Part shown: piece after piece, positions 17,191 through 26,928 of the stretch
Layout of the letters: each line of letters begins with the position of its first letter
How positions within the stretch are numbered: the first letter of the stretch is position 1
Source: an uncultured virus (IMG/VR IMGVR_UViG_3300009174_000005)
Taxonomy: Duplodnaviria; Heunggongvirae; Uroviricota; Caudoviricetes
Virus record (IMG/VR): IMGVR_UViG_3300009174_000005
DNA length: 64,000 nt
Strand: one strand, 5' to 3'
Program-made: the position numbers and the translations under genes
The notes under the pieces: generated by a model
Database searches by the model: none
Told to the model about the DNA's origin: nothing
What the model saw: only the letters and a program-made list of their open reading frames with translations

Positions 17191-17340
17191 ATGAGTGAAT
17201 TCTACTCCCACAAACGCATATGTGGTAAGCCTGGCATACGTGCTGTGGTAGAGTTTCTATCTTTTAGCTTTCTACTATACTTAGGACAGATTTTCTTGAA
17301 TTAATTTATTGTACCTTTAGAAAGCAAAGAAAGTAGATGA
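17191..17340 (+). pseudogene. small membrane ORF interrupted by TAA
   Basis: AAGGA SD; TAA at 17302; frame continues to a TGA overlapping ATG 17337. Confidence 0.4.
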
Positions 17341-17717
17341 AAATATCAATCGATCTCAACGGCACTTTCTATTACAAGCCCGAATTCTTCCAATGGTTTG
17401 CGTCTGCAATGCAATTAGCAGGCCACACAGTAGGAATCTTAACAGGACATAACGCTACCAGTGAAACACACGACAGAGTAAAACTTGCTAGATTATTTTA
17501 TTTTTACCCTGATTTCTATTTAGGCCGCACAGAAGAGTATCTACCATTTAATGGCGCAAAGTTCAAGTGTGACATGATACGTAAGCATTCTATAGATATT
17601 CACTTTGATGATATGGATTATGACAACCCTGACACTGTACACATTTTCAATGAAAATCTTGACGTATTATCTAAAGTATTTACAGTTAATTGTGTAACCA
17701 AAAAGGATGTAATTTAA
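17337..17717 (+). CDS. HAD-superfamily hydrolase-like protein
   Basis: ISIDLNGT, ILTG, K, IHFDD motifs. Confidence 0.7.
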   Translation: MKISIDLNGTFYYKPEFFQWFASAMQLAGHTVGILTGHNATSETHDRVKLARLFYFYPDFYLGRTEEYLPFNGAKFKCDMIRKHSIDIHFDDMDYDNPDTVHIFNENLDVLSKVFTVNCVTKKDVI

Positions 17718-17849
17718 TTATGAAAATTAGAGACAAACGTTTAAAACTTACCAAGTCTCAACGGCTAATATGTGTGTTATACCACACTTCCCTTTCGCCC
17801 ATAAACCTGATACAATGTCCAGATAACCAGCGGGAGGGGTACAGGTGCT

Positions 17850-18851
17850 ATGCCTCTAGTAAAGTCAAATGTGTTACCGTTTGCAGCGAGCAATAATCAA
17901 TCTGACAATAGCGACGTAGACGATGGAAGTGTAAACTATCAAAATCACTTTGAATCAACCATAGATGAAATAAACCAATCAACTAATTACTCTTTACCTG
18001 CTAAACCTTTATCCCCGCTGATTAGATCACCTGCACCGTTGCAATCTGCCGCACCTACACTCTCGGCTGTTATACCTGCTACACCTCTTGCCGCTAGTAC
18101 TCTAGTACGCACTCCTACAAAACGTAAGCGCGGTAAACGCATACAAAACGAAGATACACATGTAAACATTAAACCTTTAAACCATTCACACACTGCATCA
18201 TTCGACCCTGAAGAATTCCGCGATACATTCGACATTATAAACGAATTAACTTGCCGACGCGATCTCTACTGTTCTGATAGATCAGATATACCTACAACCA
18301 TTTACAATGTACCTTCCTACCTTCGCATCATTCTAAATCGCCTTTCCGCTCGTGTACCTGTCCTACCTAAACCTACGCTATCTGTAACCGCGTGTTGCAC
18401 TCTTGCACGTGGGCTAGAAATTCTATCAGATATCCCCTGCCTACAAGATAATTTAGAAATTCAAGATAGATTCGATTTCGTCGATTGGCTTCCTGTAGAC
18501 TATCTAGACCAAATATCCACATGGTTCAAGACATTTCCATTCAAAATCAACACATTCGGTGGCGGCGAAGAACCTAAGCTACAATTACGATTCTTACCTT
18601 CACAAGTTTCAACGTTAGCAAGTTTAAAAAACAAAATAGGCATCCCTATGTCACCTATTGCAATTACAGCTATGCAGTTTGCCTTGTTAGAAGTAGACTG
18701 CATATCTGAATACCACCCTCGTTTATCCGAATCTACCTTAGTGTTCAAATCGGCACTGGCAATACGCTCTGACATGTCAGATGTTTTAATGTCTGCATTG
18801 CATTCTGAGATGGTAGACGAGGTTAAGCCTGTGCAATCTACAGAGGAGTAG
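17850..18851 (+). CDS. hypothetical protein
   Basis: 333 aa; GGAGGGG upstream; extended -10 TGATACAAT at 17808. Confidence 0.7.
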   Translation: MPLVKSNVLPFAASNNQSDNSDVDDGSVNYQNHFESTIDEINQSTNYSLPAKPLSPLIRSPAPLQSAAPTLSAVIPATPLAASTLVRTPTKRKRGKRIQNEDTHVNIKPLNHSHTASFDPEEFRDTFDIINELTCRRDLYCSDRSDIPTTIYNVPSYLRIILNRLSARVPVLPKPTLSVTACCTLARGLEILSDIPCLQDNLEIQDRFDFVDWLPVDYLDQISTWFKTFPFKINTFGGGEEPKLQLRFLPSQVSTLASLKNKIGIPMSPIAITAMQFALLEVDCISEYHPRLSESTLVFKSALAIRSDMSDVLMSALHSEMVDEVKPVQSTEE

Positions 18852-18856
18852 TTAAA

Positions 18857-19873
18857 ATGCCTGGCACTGCCCACCCTGAGCAAATATACTCTGACATCTT
18901 ATCCGCTCATTACTCGGGATCTAAAATAGCCCATTCGGCTAATTTCTTCACCCCGCCATCAATCGCACACGTGCTAGACGGTTTAGGCTCTATCAATATC
19001 CCTCAGATACAATTACTCTGTTGCTTGCATTATGGCACACCTGCCAATATCAAATTAGCGCGTCAAGCGTTTATCACTCTATGCCATACTGAAGAGTCAG
19101 CTTTCATGTTTACCGAATTACTGTCACCCATATACGGCACCTGGCATCTAGCAGCTAAAGCAGGTGCAGCCGCGTGGGCGTTAACCAATAATGACAGAGA
19201 ATTGTATAATACGCTCGAATCATGGTTACATAATTACTTCGCTCTGCACAGTATGTTATGCACTCCAGACTTTAACCGTATCGTAGCACCAGGCTTGCGC
19301 GCTGGCGGACACACAGCAGACGCTCGCATATGGGATTCGTGGATCTACGCGCACGCATCTAGTAATCAATCTTCAACTAGTGGCACAGTGCAGTGGGAAG
19401 CACGCGGGCGACAGGCTAAATTAGGTATGAAGCAATCTTGGCTATGGGCTCTATTCCACGATCCAATTGTAACTACAGTATTACGCGATTCATTCGCTAA
19501 TGTATCATCGTCTATGTTATTTACGTCTTCCCTGTGGAAGCCTCTAGAGATCGTACGCCGTGCAGTTGTAGACGAATCCGGTAAGATGTTAGAGCTAGCC
19601 GTGTGGCTAGAAGGTGGCAACCCAAACGGTAATACAACCGCGTGGGGTGCTCAAGTATGGCGTGTACAGTCATTACGTACAACAGACGAGGAACATACTA
19701 CAGACGTTCTGACTATGCCTGCTAATGGTGGCCATCGCATCCGTCAACAAGCAGAGCAAATGACAATGACGTATTACCCGCCCACACGTACATTAAGTTA
19801 CCACTCTAACCTGCAAGAATCTACGTATGTAACCCTGACAGAAGGTGGTGAGATAATAACTCGTATAAGTTAG
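18857..19873 (+). CDS. hypothetical protein
   Basis: 338 aa; GAGGAG SD; Trp-rich. Confidence 0.7.
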   Translation: MPGTAHPEQIYSDILSAHYSGSKIAHSANFFTPPSIAHVLDGLGSINIPQIQLLCCLHYGTPANIKLARQAFITLCHTEESAFMFTELLSPIYGTWHLAAKAGAAAWALTNNDRELYNTLESWLHNYFALHSMLCTPDFNRIVAPGLRAGGHTADARIWDSWIYAHASSNQSSTSGTVQWEARGRQAKLGMKQSWLWALFHDPIVTTVLRDSFANVSSSMLFTSSLWKPLEIVRRAVVDESGKMLELAVWLEGGNPNGNTTAWGAQVWRVQSLRTTDEEHTTDVLTMPANGGHRIRQQAEQMTMTYYPPTRTLSYHSNLQESTYVTLTEGGEIITRIS

Positions 19874-19895
19874 CGTGTAGACTTGTAACAATTTA

Positions 19896-19922
19896 AGGGG
19901 TTAGCCAAACCCCTATTTGTTA
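19896..19922 (+). terminator. intrinsic terminator
   Basis: AGGGGTT/AACCCCT followed by ATTTGTT. Confidence 0.55.
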
Positions 19923-19926
19923 CCTC

Positions 19927-19978
19927 GTAACTTCCGCCTTACTTGCCCCTTGACAAGGTAGATTGCGTGCCGTAAGAT
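19927..19978 (+). promoter_or_regulatory. sigma70-type leaderless promoter
   Basis: GTAACTTCCGCC box; TTGACA(19950)-N17-TAAGAT; ATG 6 nt later. Confidence 0.85.
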
Positions 19979-19984
19979 ACGACC

Positions 19985-20191
19985 ATGAAAACCGAATGGA
20001 CTTCTGCTTACAACGTTCACAAGCGCCAGATTGGGCACTTTACCGCTACGGTTTGTTGGGAATCTGGGCAGTTTATTGGCTATTTCGCTAACACTCGGCT
20101 AAAGACCCGTTATGATGATCTAGACAGCTGTAAAGCTGCTGTCCTCAAACTGGCCAAGTCTGTTCTTCTCCGTGCACTGGAGACATTATGA
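19985..20191 (+). CDS. hypothetical early protein
   Basis: leaderless start after promoter. Confidence 0.7.
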   Translation: MKTEWTSAYNVHKRQIGHFTATVCWESGQFIGYFANTRLKTRYDDLDSCKAAVLKLAKSVLLRALETL

Positions 20192-20430
20192 GTACCCGTC
20201 TATCCATCTCCATGATTACTATCCTACTCGAATGCTACGATACAAACGGGTACACGTGTGCAGTAGACAACTTAGCTAAATCGCGTAAATTATACGCATG
20301 GTATAGAGCTTGTCGTGCTCTAGAGAATAGAGATTTGCTATACAAAACATCTAGCGCTGTCTACAGACTTACTGATGCCGGCTGGCAACGTGCAAAGATC
20401 GAATACGAACGCAAACAAGGGGGTAAGTAA
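20188..20430 (+). CDS. winged-helix-like protein
   Basis: RACRALENRDLL...YRLTDAG. Confidence 0.6.
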   Translation: MSTRLSISMITILLECYDTNGYTCAVDNLAKSRKLYAWYRACRALENRDLLYKTSSAVYRLTDAGWQRAKIEYERKQGGK

Positions 20431-20634
20431 ATGCCTGTAAATCCGATCGATGATTCTCTAGCATACGCTCAGTGCAAATCAGGCGACATAGCAGTCTATC
20501 TCGGCCATCGTCGCATCGGTACTATCTCCCGTGTCAGTGTAGGGTATTGGGCGTACTATCCCGCTGGCAGTAAGTCACACGGCGAAGCGTTCTCATCTGT
20601 TAGCAAAGTACAACATTCACTGGAGGCAGAATAA
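20431..20634 (+). CDS. hypothetical protein
   Basis: abutting ORF with SD. Confidence 0.6.
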   Translation: MPVNPIDDSLAYAQCKSGDIAVYLGHRRIGTISRVSVGYWAYYPAGSKSHGEAFSSVSKVQHSLEAE

Positions 20635-20838
20635 ATGCTTTACATACTAGCTTCGCCTTATAACCGTATAGAAGTCCCATTTAGCACCTACAACCACGCT
20701 GAAGCATTCCGCCATGCACGCGCCGAACGCACTATGTACTACTCTAAGCTAGACCCTTGCACATTTACCTATCTATGTGTAGGTCAGATTCGTATATTAG
20801 TGCCACCTTACTTACGCGCTGTGAAAGTGGAGGGCTAA
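20635..20838 (+). CDS. hypothetical protein
   Basis: GGAGG SD. Confidence 0.55.
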   Translation: MLYILASPYNRIEVPFSTYNHAEAFRHARAERTMYYSKLDPCTFTYLCVGQIRILVPPYLRAVKVEG

Positions 20839-20839
20839 A

Positions 20840-21580
20840 ATGTCTCTCACCTATGACGAGGCTGTTGAAAAGATCCGCAAGCTAATGTCTATGGCAGACC
20901 ACGCGAATTCCAACCCTAACGAAGCTGCATTAGCTGCAAGTCGTGCCGCGTCCATTATGCAGGACTATCAAATCTCTGAAGCTGCATTATCTACTGCCTC
21001 TGAAAACTCCTCCATCCCTATAACCTCTCACGTGTTCGAGCGTAATTCTGGTAAAAAAATACACTGGCGTATGAAGGTAGCTGCTGGAGTTGCTAAAGTC
21101 TGTAACTGCATGACATATTGGCACGGCCCAGAAATCAGAATGATTGGACGGGATCTAGACGTCAAAGGTGCACGATACCTATTTGATCTTATCTGCCCAC
21201 AGGTGGAATCTCTAGCACAGCGCGCATGGCAGGCTGAAGGCTACGGCGATACCCGTCGCTTCATGCATGCTTTCCGTCTAGGGTGCTCTGTTACTATCTA
21301 CAATCGCTTAATAGAGCAAGCCAATACTAAGGTAGAACAAATGCGCACAGGTCAATGTGGAAGTTCGCCTAGTGAGTCTAGTACAGCGCTAATGGTAATC
21401 AATCAACGTATAGCTAAAGTAGACGAATATGCGAGTAGATTAGGCTTGAGAACTGGGCGTGGGCCTACTGTCTCTAATCGGAATGCATTAGCTGCTGGCA
21501 AAGAGTACGGCAACCGTGTCAATCTAGGTAACGCAGCTAGAGGCCAATTGAACAGCCCTAAACAACAGATCAGAGGATGA
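20840..21580 (+). CDS. DUF2786-domain protein
   Basis: EKIRKLMSMA...NPNEAALAASRA..IM..YQI; FRLG; AGKEYG. Confidence 0.8.
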   Translation: MSLTYDEAVEKIRKLMSMADHANSNPNEAALAASRAASIMQDYQISEAALSTASENSSIPITSHVFERNSGKKIHWRMKVAAGVAKVCNCMTYWHGPEIRMIGRDLDVKGARYLFDLICPQVESLAQRAWQAEGYGDTRRFMHAFRLGCSVTIYNRLIEQANTKVEQMRTGQCGSSPSESSTALMVINQRIAKVDEYASRLGLRTGRGPTVSNRNALAAGKEYGNRVNLGNAARGQLNSPKQQIRG

Positions 21581-21581
21581 A

Positions 21582-21755
21582 ATGACTATCAAAATTACTG
21601 CCGGTCCTAACTTCGCACAACGCTTAGTCGATGAATTGCAGGTAGTTCAAAACGGCGATACACTACACGTACCTACAGACACACAAGCTCAACTAGCCGA
21701 ACGTGCACTATCTCGCATGGGTAAGCCCAACGTTAAAGTTGTGTGGGGTGTGTAA
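21582..21755 (+). CDS. small hypothetical protein (57 aa)
   Basis: GAGGA SD; TAATG coupling to next gene. Confidence 0.55.
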   Translation: MTIKITAGPNFAQRLVDELQVVQNGDTLHVPTDTQAQLAERALSRMGKPNVKVVWGV

Positions 21756-22171
21756 TGATTATCGCGATTACAGGCGGTCGGATGTACACACCGACTACAC
21801 TAGACATGGATACGTTCTGGCAGATCTGACACAATTTACACCAGCGTGCAATTTTACAAGAAATTGAGCAAGATAGAGAAGTATTCAACCCTCCTATCCC
21901 TATCCTCGTTCACGGTACCGCCCGAGGTGTCGATACCTACGTCTCCAGGGCGGTCTCTCTCGCCGGCTACCCCGTTCTAGGCTTCCCTGTGGACCTTGCC
22001 CTAGACGGCCCCTGGCCTGCCGCTGGGTGCCGCCGTACACACCGTATGCTGGTCACTAGCAAGCCTTCCCACCTGATAGCCTTCCCTGGTAGACGAGGTA
22101 CCGCGTACTGTGTACGTGAGGCAGGCAGATTGCAAATTCCCATTCATTATACACAGGAGAAAGCAAGTTAA
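21755..22171 (+). pseudogene. SLOG/DUF2493 (YspA-like) protein with in-frame TGA
   Basis: MIIAITGGR...LVHGTARGVD...AAGCRRTHRML...IAFPGRRGT; TGA at 21827-21829. Confidence 0.8.
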
Positions 22172-22539
22172 TGGATAAATACGACCGCTCTATCTTTGCA
22201 CGTGAACAAGCAGAAAGTCTAAACTGTGACATTCTTGAAACTACAGATACAACACTATTACTAGATATTGACACAGATGCACAGTATAAAGTGTTCATGC
22301 ACGTATACCCTGAATTATGCCTAGTCGAGCCGTTTGCATCCTATGAAGTACTGCCTAGTTTGCACGGTAATAGGCATATCATAGTACAACTAAGCAAGCC
22401 ATTAGATATTTACCACCGATTGCTATTACATTGCTTGTTGGGCTCTGACCCTATGAGAGAGAAACTGTCACTAGCTAGATATTTAAACGGCGACGATATA
22501 CCGTCTTTACTGTTTCGCCCTAGAAAGGCTGTGGATTGA
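22171..22539 (+). CDS. hypothetical protein
   Basis: LLLDID...SLHGNRH...LGSDPMRE (primase-like DxD/H arrangement). Confidence 0.6.
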   Translation: MDKYDRSIFAREQAESLNCDILETTDTTLLLDIDTDAQYKVFMHVYPELCLVEPFASYEVLPSLHGNRHIIVQLSKPLDIYHRLLLHCLLGSDPMREKLSLARYLNGDDIPSLLFRPRKAVD

Positions 22540-22784
22540 AAATGTCTACCAATTGGATCATATCAATCCTACTCCCCGCTGCTGATTCTAGTTATACTTA
22601 TCTGACAGACCATGTCAGCGACGACGACGAATTAAGCAGTTGGGTTAATAGCTGCGAAGCAATGTGTAAACTAGGTTTACTAGATGTACACGAATATAGC
22701 TACGAAATCACCGAATTAGGCAGGCACGTGGCGTATTGCATTAAGCAATCTACGACAAGCTATGAATTGGAGCATTTACCGTGA
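22536..22784 (+). CDS. winged-helix-like protein
   Basis: CEAMCKLGLL...YEITELG. Confidence 0.55.
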   Translation: MKMSTNWIISILLPAADSSYTYLTDHVSDDDELSSWVNSCEAMCKLGLLDVHEYSYEITELGRHVAYCIKQSTTSYELEHLP

Positions 22785-22841
22785 AACGTAAAATCTTATA
22801 CTCTTCATATCTAATAGAGGTGCTATAGTGAGTAAAGAAGC

Positions 22842-23126
22842 GTGGTCCAATCTATTACGTCTAGACTTGGTTACATTTGCAAAGGATGTCTAGCCATGCA
22901 GTCTAAAACCTGTACCAAATGTGGCTTAACTAAGCACGTTTTATGTTTCGCCGTTCGCAACGCTTCCAAGGACGGTTTATCTCCAATGTGTAGAGACTGT
23001 AAGAGCGAATATAGCAGTACACATAATAGAGCTAACGTAGGCGTCTTAAAAACTAAGCGCCTTAAAAACAATCTCTCAATAGCTTTCATAGAGTATGGAC
23101 TAGACCAAGCAGACAAACGTAAATAG
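22842..23126 (+). CDS. zinc-ribbon protein of the type found at HNH/EndoVII N-termini
   Basis: KTCTKCG...SKDGLSPMCRDC. Confidence 0.65.
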   Translation: MVQSITSRLGYICKGCLAMQSKTCTKCGLTKHVLCFAVRNASKDGLSPMCRDCKSEYSSTHNRANVGVLKTKRLKNNLSIAFIEYGLDQADKRK

Positions 23127-23657
23127 AGCGTAATCAACCTCCCAACCCTGTGTTCCAACACGCTTATCCCTATATACTCTCTATGCTTGTATCCCATACT
23201 CTAGCCGTTTATCCGTCTCCACCACAAACAGCGATACACTAGACATGTACATAGCTACATTTGAATATATCTCACAAGACAAAAATGGATATCTTAACTA
23301 CAGCGGTAGTAGATATCTATAACCTTGGAGTTATATACGCATACCTCGCAAGTCAAAAACAACCACCTTACCTATTTCGGAATTTACGCCTCTGTTACGA
23401 CTTATAGCATATAGCACAAGTGTAATAGACAAGAAGGTTGCCACCTCACTTGTCTGCTAGATTTTTGAAATGACTTGGTATGGCAGAGGTTTAAAGATAA
23501 GACTGAAAGGTAAGTATAGGCTATTTGTCTAGTTGTATGTGGGAATAAGGTTAAGCGCTGTGTTCGAGGGTGGAATATGTCGTATGTGGGTGTAGCATAG
23601 GGAAAGATGGAAAGTGTCACCCGTAGAGGACATTTGTAAAGTCTTGCACTAAGGTAC

Positions 23658-23686
23658 TTGACACGCCAGAATAGGTAGCGTACTAT
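23658..23686 (+). promoter_or_regulatory. sigma70-type leaderless promoter
   Basis: TTGACA-N17-TACTAT; ATG 23693 six nt later. Confidence 0.8.
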
Positions 23687-23972
23687 GCTCCTATGAAAAC
23701 CAAAGAGAACGTAGTGCCTGTACATGACCCGGTAAAGAGTGGAAAAAGCTACCGGATACACTGCGAAATAAACCCGGTCGCACTGACGCGTCTCTAGTCC
23801 TTATTAACGGTGTACATGAGCAAGTTACTTTCGTGTGCATTCATGGTAAGCTAGAAAAAACTCAGTGCGCAGCTTGTGAAACTATTGAGGCGGGCACATG
23901 AGTAAAAGCAATCGTGCGCTGATATGTCTAAAATGATTAAAGATGCTTTGAAACAAGTAATGAGGTTGGATA

Positions 23973-24786
23973 ATGAGCTACGAACATCTCCTACCGATAG
24001 AGGTTGATGGAAAGCCCGTATTCTATCTGGATCTATCTGCGATTCCATATTATAGCGCTATACGTAGAGCACAGTTACACAGTTGCGAGATGCAACAGGC
24101 TAGGCATGTCTTAGCACACATGACTTTATTGTGCTTATTACCTGAACGAGCAAGAACGTGAGCTAGCTTGATTAACTTGCACCAGCCAATAAGGAAGTAA
24201 ACATGTACGTAGACGATAAAACAGCTTGGGACAACGCGGTATACGCTTGGCGTCAATACTTACAAGCTAAAGAACAACACGGGCGGGACACGCCAGAAGC
24301 GTACGAATGTTACCATATATACGAAAGTGCTGTAGACAGTCTTAAACCAGGTTATGCAACTCCTTATGAGGTAAGCTGCGGAGCGGATTAACCATGCTTA
24401 TCGAAATTGATTCCGAATACCGTCAAACAATTAAAGAAGGTGATTTTCTAGTTCTCACTGATAAAGGTTTTGTACGTAGAGCTACTAATCATCAAGTATA
24501 CACTAACAAACGCGCGGTAGTAGGTGTGGCAGTGGAAGACGAATTCGTATTTGGGTGCAGGCGTACGGCTAACGTGGAGATGTATTAAATGGGCACAACA
24601 CAGAAGGACTCACTCTCACGTCGCATAGCGGCTTATGAAACTCGCTTTGATTCTAAGGATCGTAATTCAGGTTTATGGACTCTACTAGCCCATGCGAGGC
24701 AAGAATGGTCTCATGGTTGCTTTGATATTTGCGCGTGTGATCTGGATGAAATTGATTTAATGTTGGCGCTTAAGGCTAGTGCGTGA
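23973..24786 (+). other. four abutting 62-65 aa hypothetical ORFs (23973, 24203, 24394, 24589)
   Basis: each has an SD-like element; no recognisable family. Confidence 0.55.
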
Positions 24787-25106
24787 AATCCCATTCCCAT
24801 TCTCTCCACACACGTATCATCCGCGCCGGTATACGTGTCACCACCTGTCGCTATCGTGTGGTAGCTGTAGGTTTCAATCATACAGGCGCAATCATAGGCA
24901 TAGCGACTAATTCCCCTCGGCTACCTATGCGAGGATTTCATGCCGAAGAAACTCTTATCCGTCGCTCGCCTAGATCGCTAGCACGTATTCTAATAGCCAG
25001 AGTAGGGCATGAGGGTACTCTATTGCCGATAGACCCGTGTGAACAGTGTCAGAGGCTAGCGGCTAAATACAGTATAAAGATCGAAGCGTATAAGGAGTGT
25101 AGATAA
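24783..25106 (+). CDS. cytidine/deoxycytidylate deaminase-like protein
   Basis: HAEE and PCEQC zinc motifs. Confidence 0.75.
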   Translation: MKSHSHSLHTRIIRAGIRVTTCRYRVVAVGFNHTGAIIGIATNSPRLPMRGFHAEETLIRRSPRSLARILIARVGHEGTLLPIDPCEQCQRLAAKYSIKIEAYKECR

Positions 25107-25161
25107 TGCCTAGAGAGGCGTATAGTACAAATGGGCTATACTTGAACTAGAGAAGTAATAA

Positions 25162-25353
25162 ATGCCACGTTTAATACTGTTCGTATGGGACAGTGGCGTA
25201 AATGCTCACATGCAATTAGTTGATATAGACACGTTAGAATGTGGTAAGGTAAAGTTCACATGGTTTTCTTTGCTTACAACACATACAGACAGCGGGCTCG
25301 ATCTAACTACAAGTAATTACTGTAGACTTGTTCAAGTATACAAAGAGGAGTAG
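25162..25353 (+). CDS. hypothetical protein
   Basis: operon packing. Confidence 0.45.
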   Translation: MPRLILFVWDSGVNAHMQLVDIDTLECGKVKFTWFSLLTTHTDSGLDLTTSNYCRLVQVYKEE

Positions 25354-25355
25354 GT

Positions 25356-25586
25356 ATGCCAGATAATACGGCTGAAGATATTGAATCAATACGTCAACGT
25401 GGACAAGCTGCACTAGACGACGTTATTAGACTTGCTAGTATGTCAGATGCTGAATTGCTCAGTGTATACAGTTTGCGTTTTATCCATAATAATTCTGTTT
25501 ACGTACGTGCTGTAATTGACGAATGCGCGGATAGATGGAGTTTCATTCAACAAAGGTTATCAACACTTAAGAAAGGTACACAATGA
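25356..25586 (+). CDS. hypothetical protein (paralog of 13388..13615)
   Basis: GAGGAG SD; shared motif. Confidence 0.6.
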   Translation: MPDNTAEDIESIRQRGQAALDDVIRLASMSDAELLSVYSLRFIHNNSVYVRAVIDECADRWSFIQQRLSTLKKGTQ

Positions 25587-25768
25587 AAGGCTTATCAAAG
25601 TCACACTTTGACGAACGCTCTGAAGCCTGGCAAGGAAGTGACAATGGACAAGAATTCGAGCGATGGCTAGAAGAGTGGGAAAGTTTTTACCCTACTGAAG
25701 TGGACGAATTTGCAGATAATCCTACGATTGAAGCTTTCGAAAATCTTAGAGTAAGCTAAGGCAAGCAA

Positions 25769-26086
25769 ATGGCATTTCGTCAAATACCTACATCACCTAC
25801 AAGCACGCCTGAATCTCGCTTACTAACAGACGTATGCGAGACCTTATTCGGCAATCTAGGCGCGACTGAGTTAGCGTCTCGCTTAGATCCACCTGTTACC
25901 CCTGCTACTGTTCTACGGTGGATGTCGGGCGAAACAACCCCACGTTCAGACGTATGGAGTCAATTAGTGAACGCGCTAGAGGATCATTCTGCACAATGTA
26001 ATCAGCTAGCTAATCAAATAGATGAGATACAATGGCCTAAGACTAGAGCGCAAATGCTTGAGGAATTAAGGGAGTATATCGAATGA
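25769..26086 (+). CDS. XRE-type HTH protein
   Basis: TELASRL...VTPATVLRWMSGETTP. Confidence 0.75.
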   Translation: MAFRQIPTSPTSTPESRLLTDVCETLFGNLGATELASRLDPPVTPATVLRWMSGETTPRSDVWSQLVNALEDHSAQCNQLANQIDEIQWPKTRAQMLEELREYIE

Positions 26087-26454
26087 ATAACAGTGAATAC
26101 ATATTTGCGGATAATACTACTGTACCTGGTGATTACGTCATTATATTAGGTTGTAGTATAGAAGGTAGAGCCGTGTACCCTGCTGACGGTGTGATTATTC
26201 ACTCTGTTGGACGTGCATACAAGCCAGAAGAAAAGCCTCACGTTGAGCTAGCAATCTATAAGCAACGTGGACGTGCTGCGTTACGTGCGTGGGATAACGC
26301 AGTAATAATTGATAGGGATTTTATGACGTCTAAATACTATAGTGAAGACCTTTCTAATAAAAACAAAGAAGCGACTAAGCGATTTAAACACGCTGCTACG
26401 TATGTTAACTTACCAAACGCACAATCGCCGTATGACGTAGGGCGTGGCCGCTAA
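26083..26454 (+). CDS. hypothetical protein
   Basis: ATGA overlap; GGGAG SD. Confidence 0.6.
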   Translation: MNNSEYIFADNTTVPGDYVIILGCSIEGRAVYPADGVIIHSVGRAYKPEEKPHVELAIYKQRGRAALRAWDNAVIIDRDFMTSKYYSEDLSNKNKEATKRFKHAATYVNLPNAQSPYDVGRGR

Positions 26455-26526
26455 CTTACGCCTCACTCTCACAAATGTAAACTCTTATCCAGACCTCTTG
26501 ACACTGTTCCACGCCTGCCTTATTAT
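26452..26526 (+). promoter_or_regulatory. sigma70-type leaderless promoter
   Basis: TAACTTACGCC box; TTGACA(26498)-N17-TATTAT; ATG 6 nt later. Confidence 0.85.
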
Positions 26527-26532
26527 ACGTCC

Positions 26533-26928
26533 ATGAGCAAAGCAAACGACGTTCGTCGCAAGTGGCACGGTAGCAAGTGGATTCGTGTCGAACGCCGTCT
26601 AGGTATCTACATACGTGATGGTATGGCGTGCGTCTGGTGTGGTGCCACGGTAGAAGACCAGCAGACTATCCTTTCGCTCGATCATGTGATCCCGGACGTC
26701 AAGGGTGGTACTCATGAGTCTAGTAACTTAGTAACCGCTTGTAAGCGCTGTAACTCAGCTAGAGGCTGCAAGACAGTCGCCGCGTTCTCTCGTGCGGTTG
26801 CCGAGTACACCAACAACGGTGTAAAGGCTAAGACGATTGAACGGCACGTGCGAGCTTGTGCCAAGCGGTCTATGGTTAAGCCGTTAGAAGTTGCGCGAGA
26901 GATGATAGCGGTAAGGACTGCTAAATGA
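26533..26928 (+). CDS. HNH endonuclease
   Basis: RDGMACVWCG...LDHVIP...GG...NLVTACKRCN. Confidence 0.92.
   Translation: MSKANDVRRKWHGSKWIRVERRLGIYIRDGMACVWCGATVEDQQTILSLDHVIPDVKGGTHESSNLVTACKRCNSARGCKTVAAFSRAVAEYTNNGVKAKTIERHVRACAKRSMVKPLEVAREMIAVRTAK

Noticed and set aside
21827..21829. Genome-wide stop-codon reassignment
   Set aside because: TGA, TAG and TAA all end clear genes, often in ATGA/TAATG overlaps; long genes are open in the standard code; no suppressor tRNA seen.
23402..23761. 119-aa minus-strand ORF
   Set aside because: No protein-like features; overlaps a + strand promoter and ORF start.
26533..26928. Intron-encoded homing endonuclease
   Set aside because: Free-standing gene with its own promoter; no interrupted host gene.
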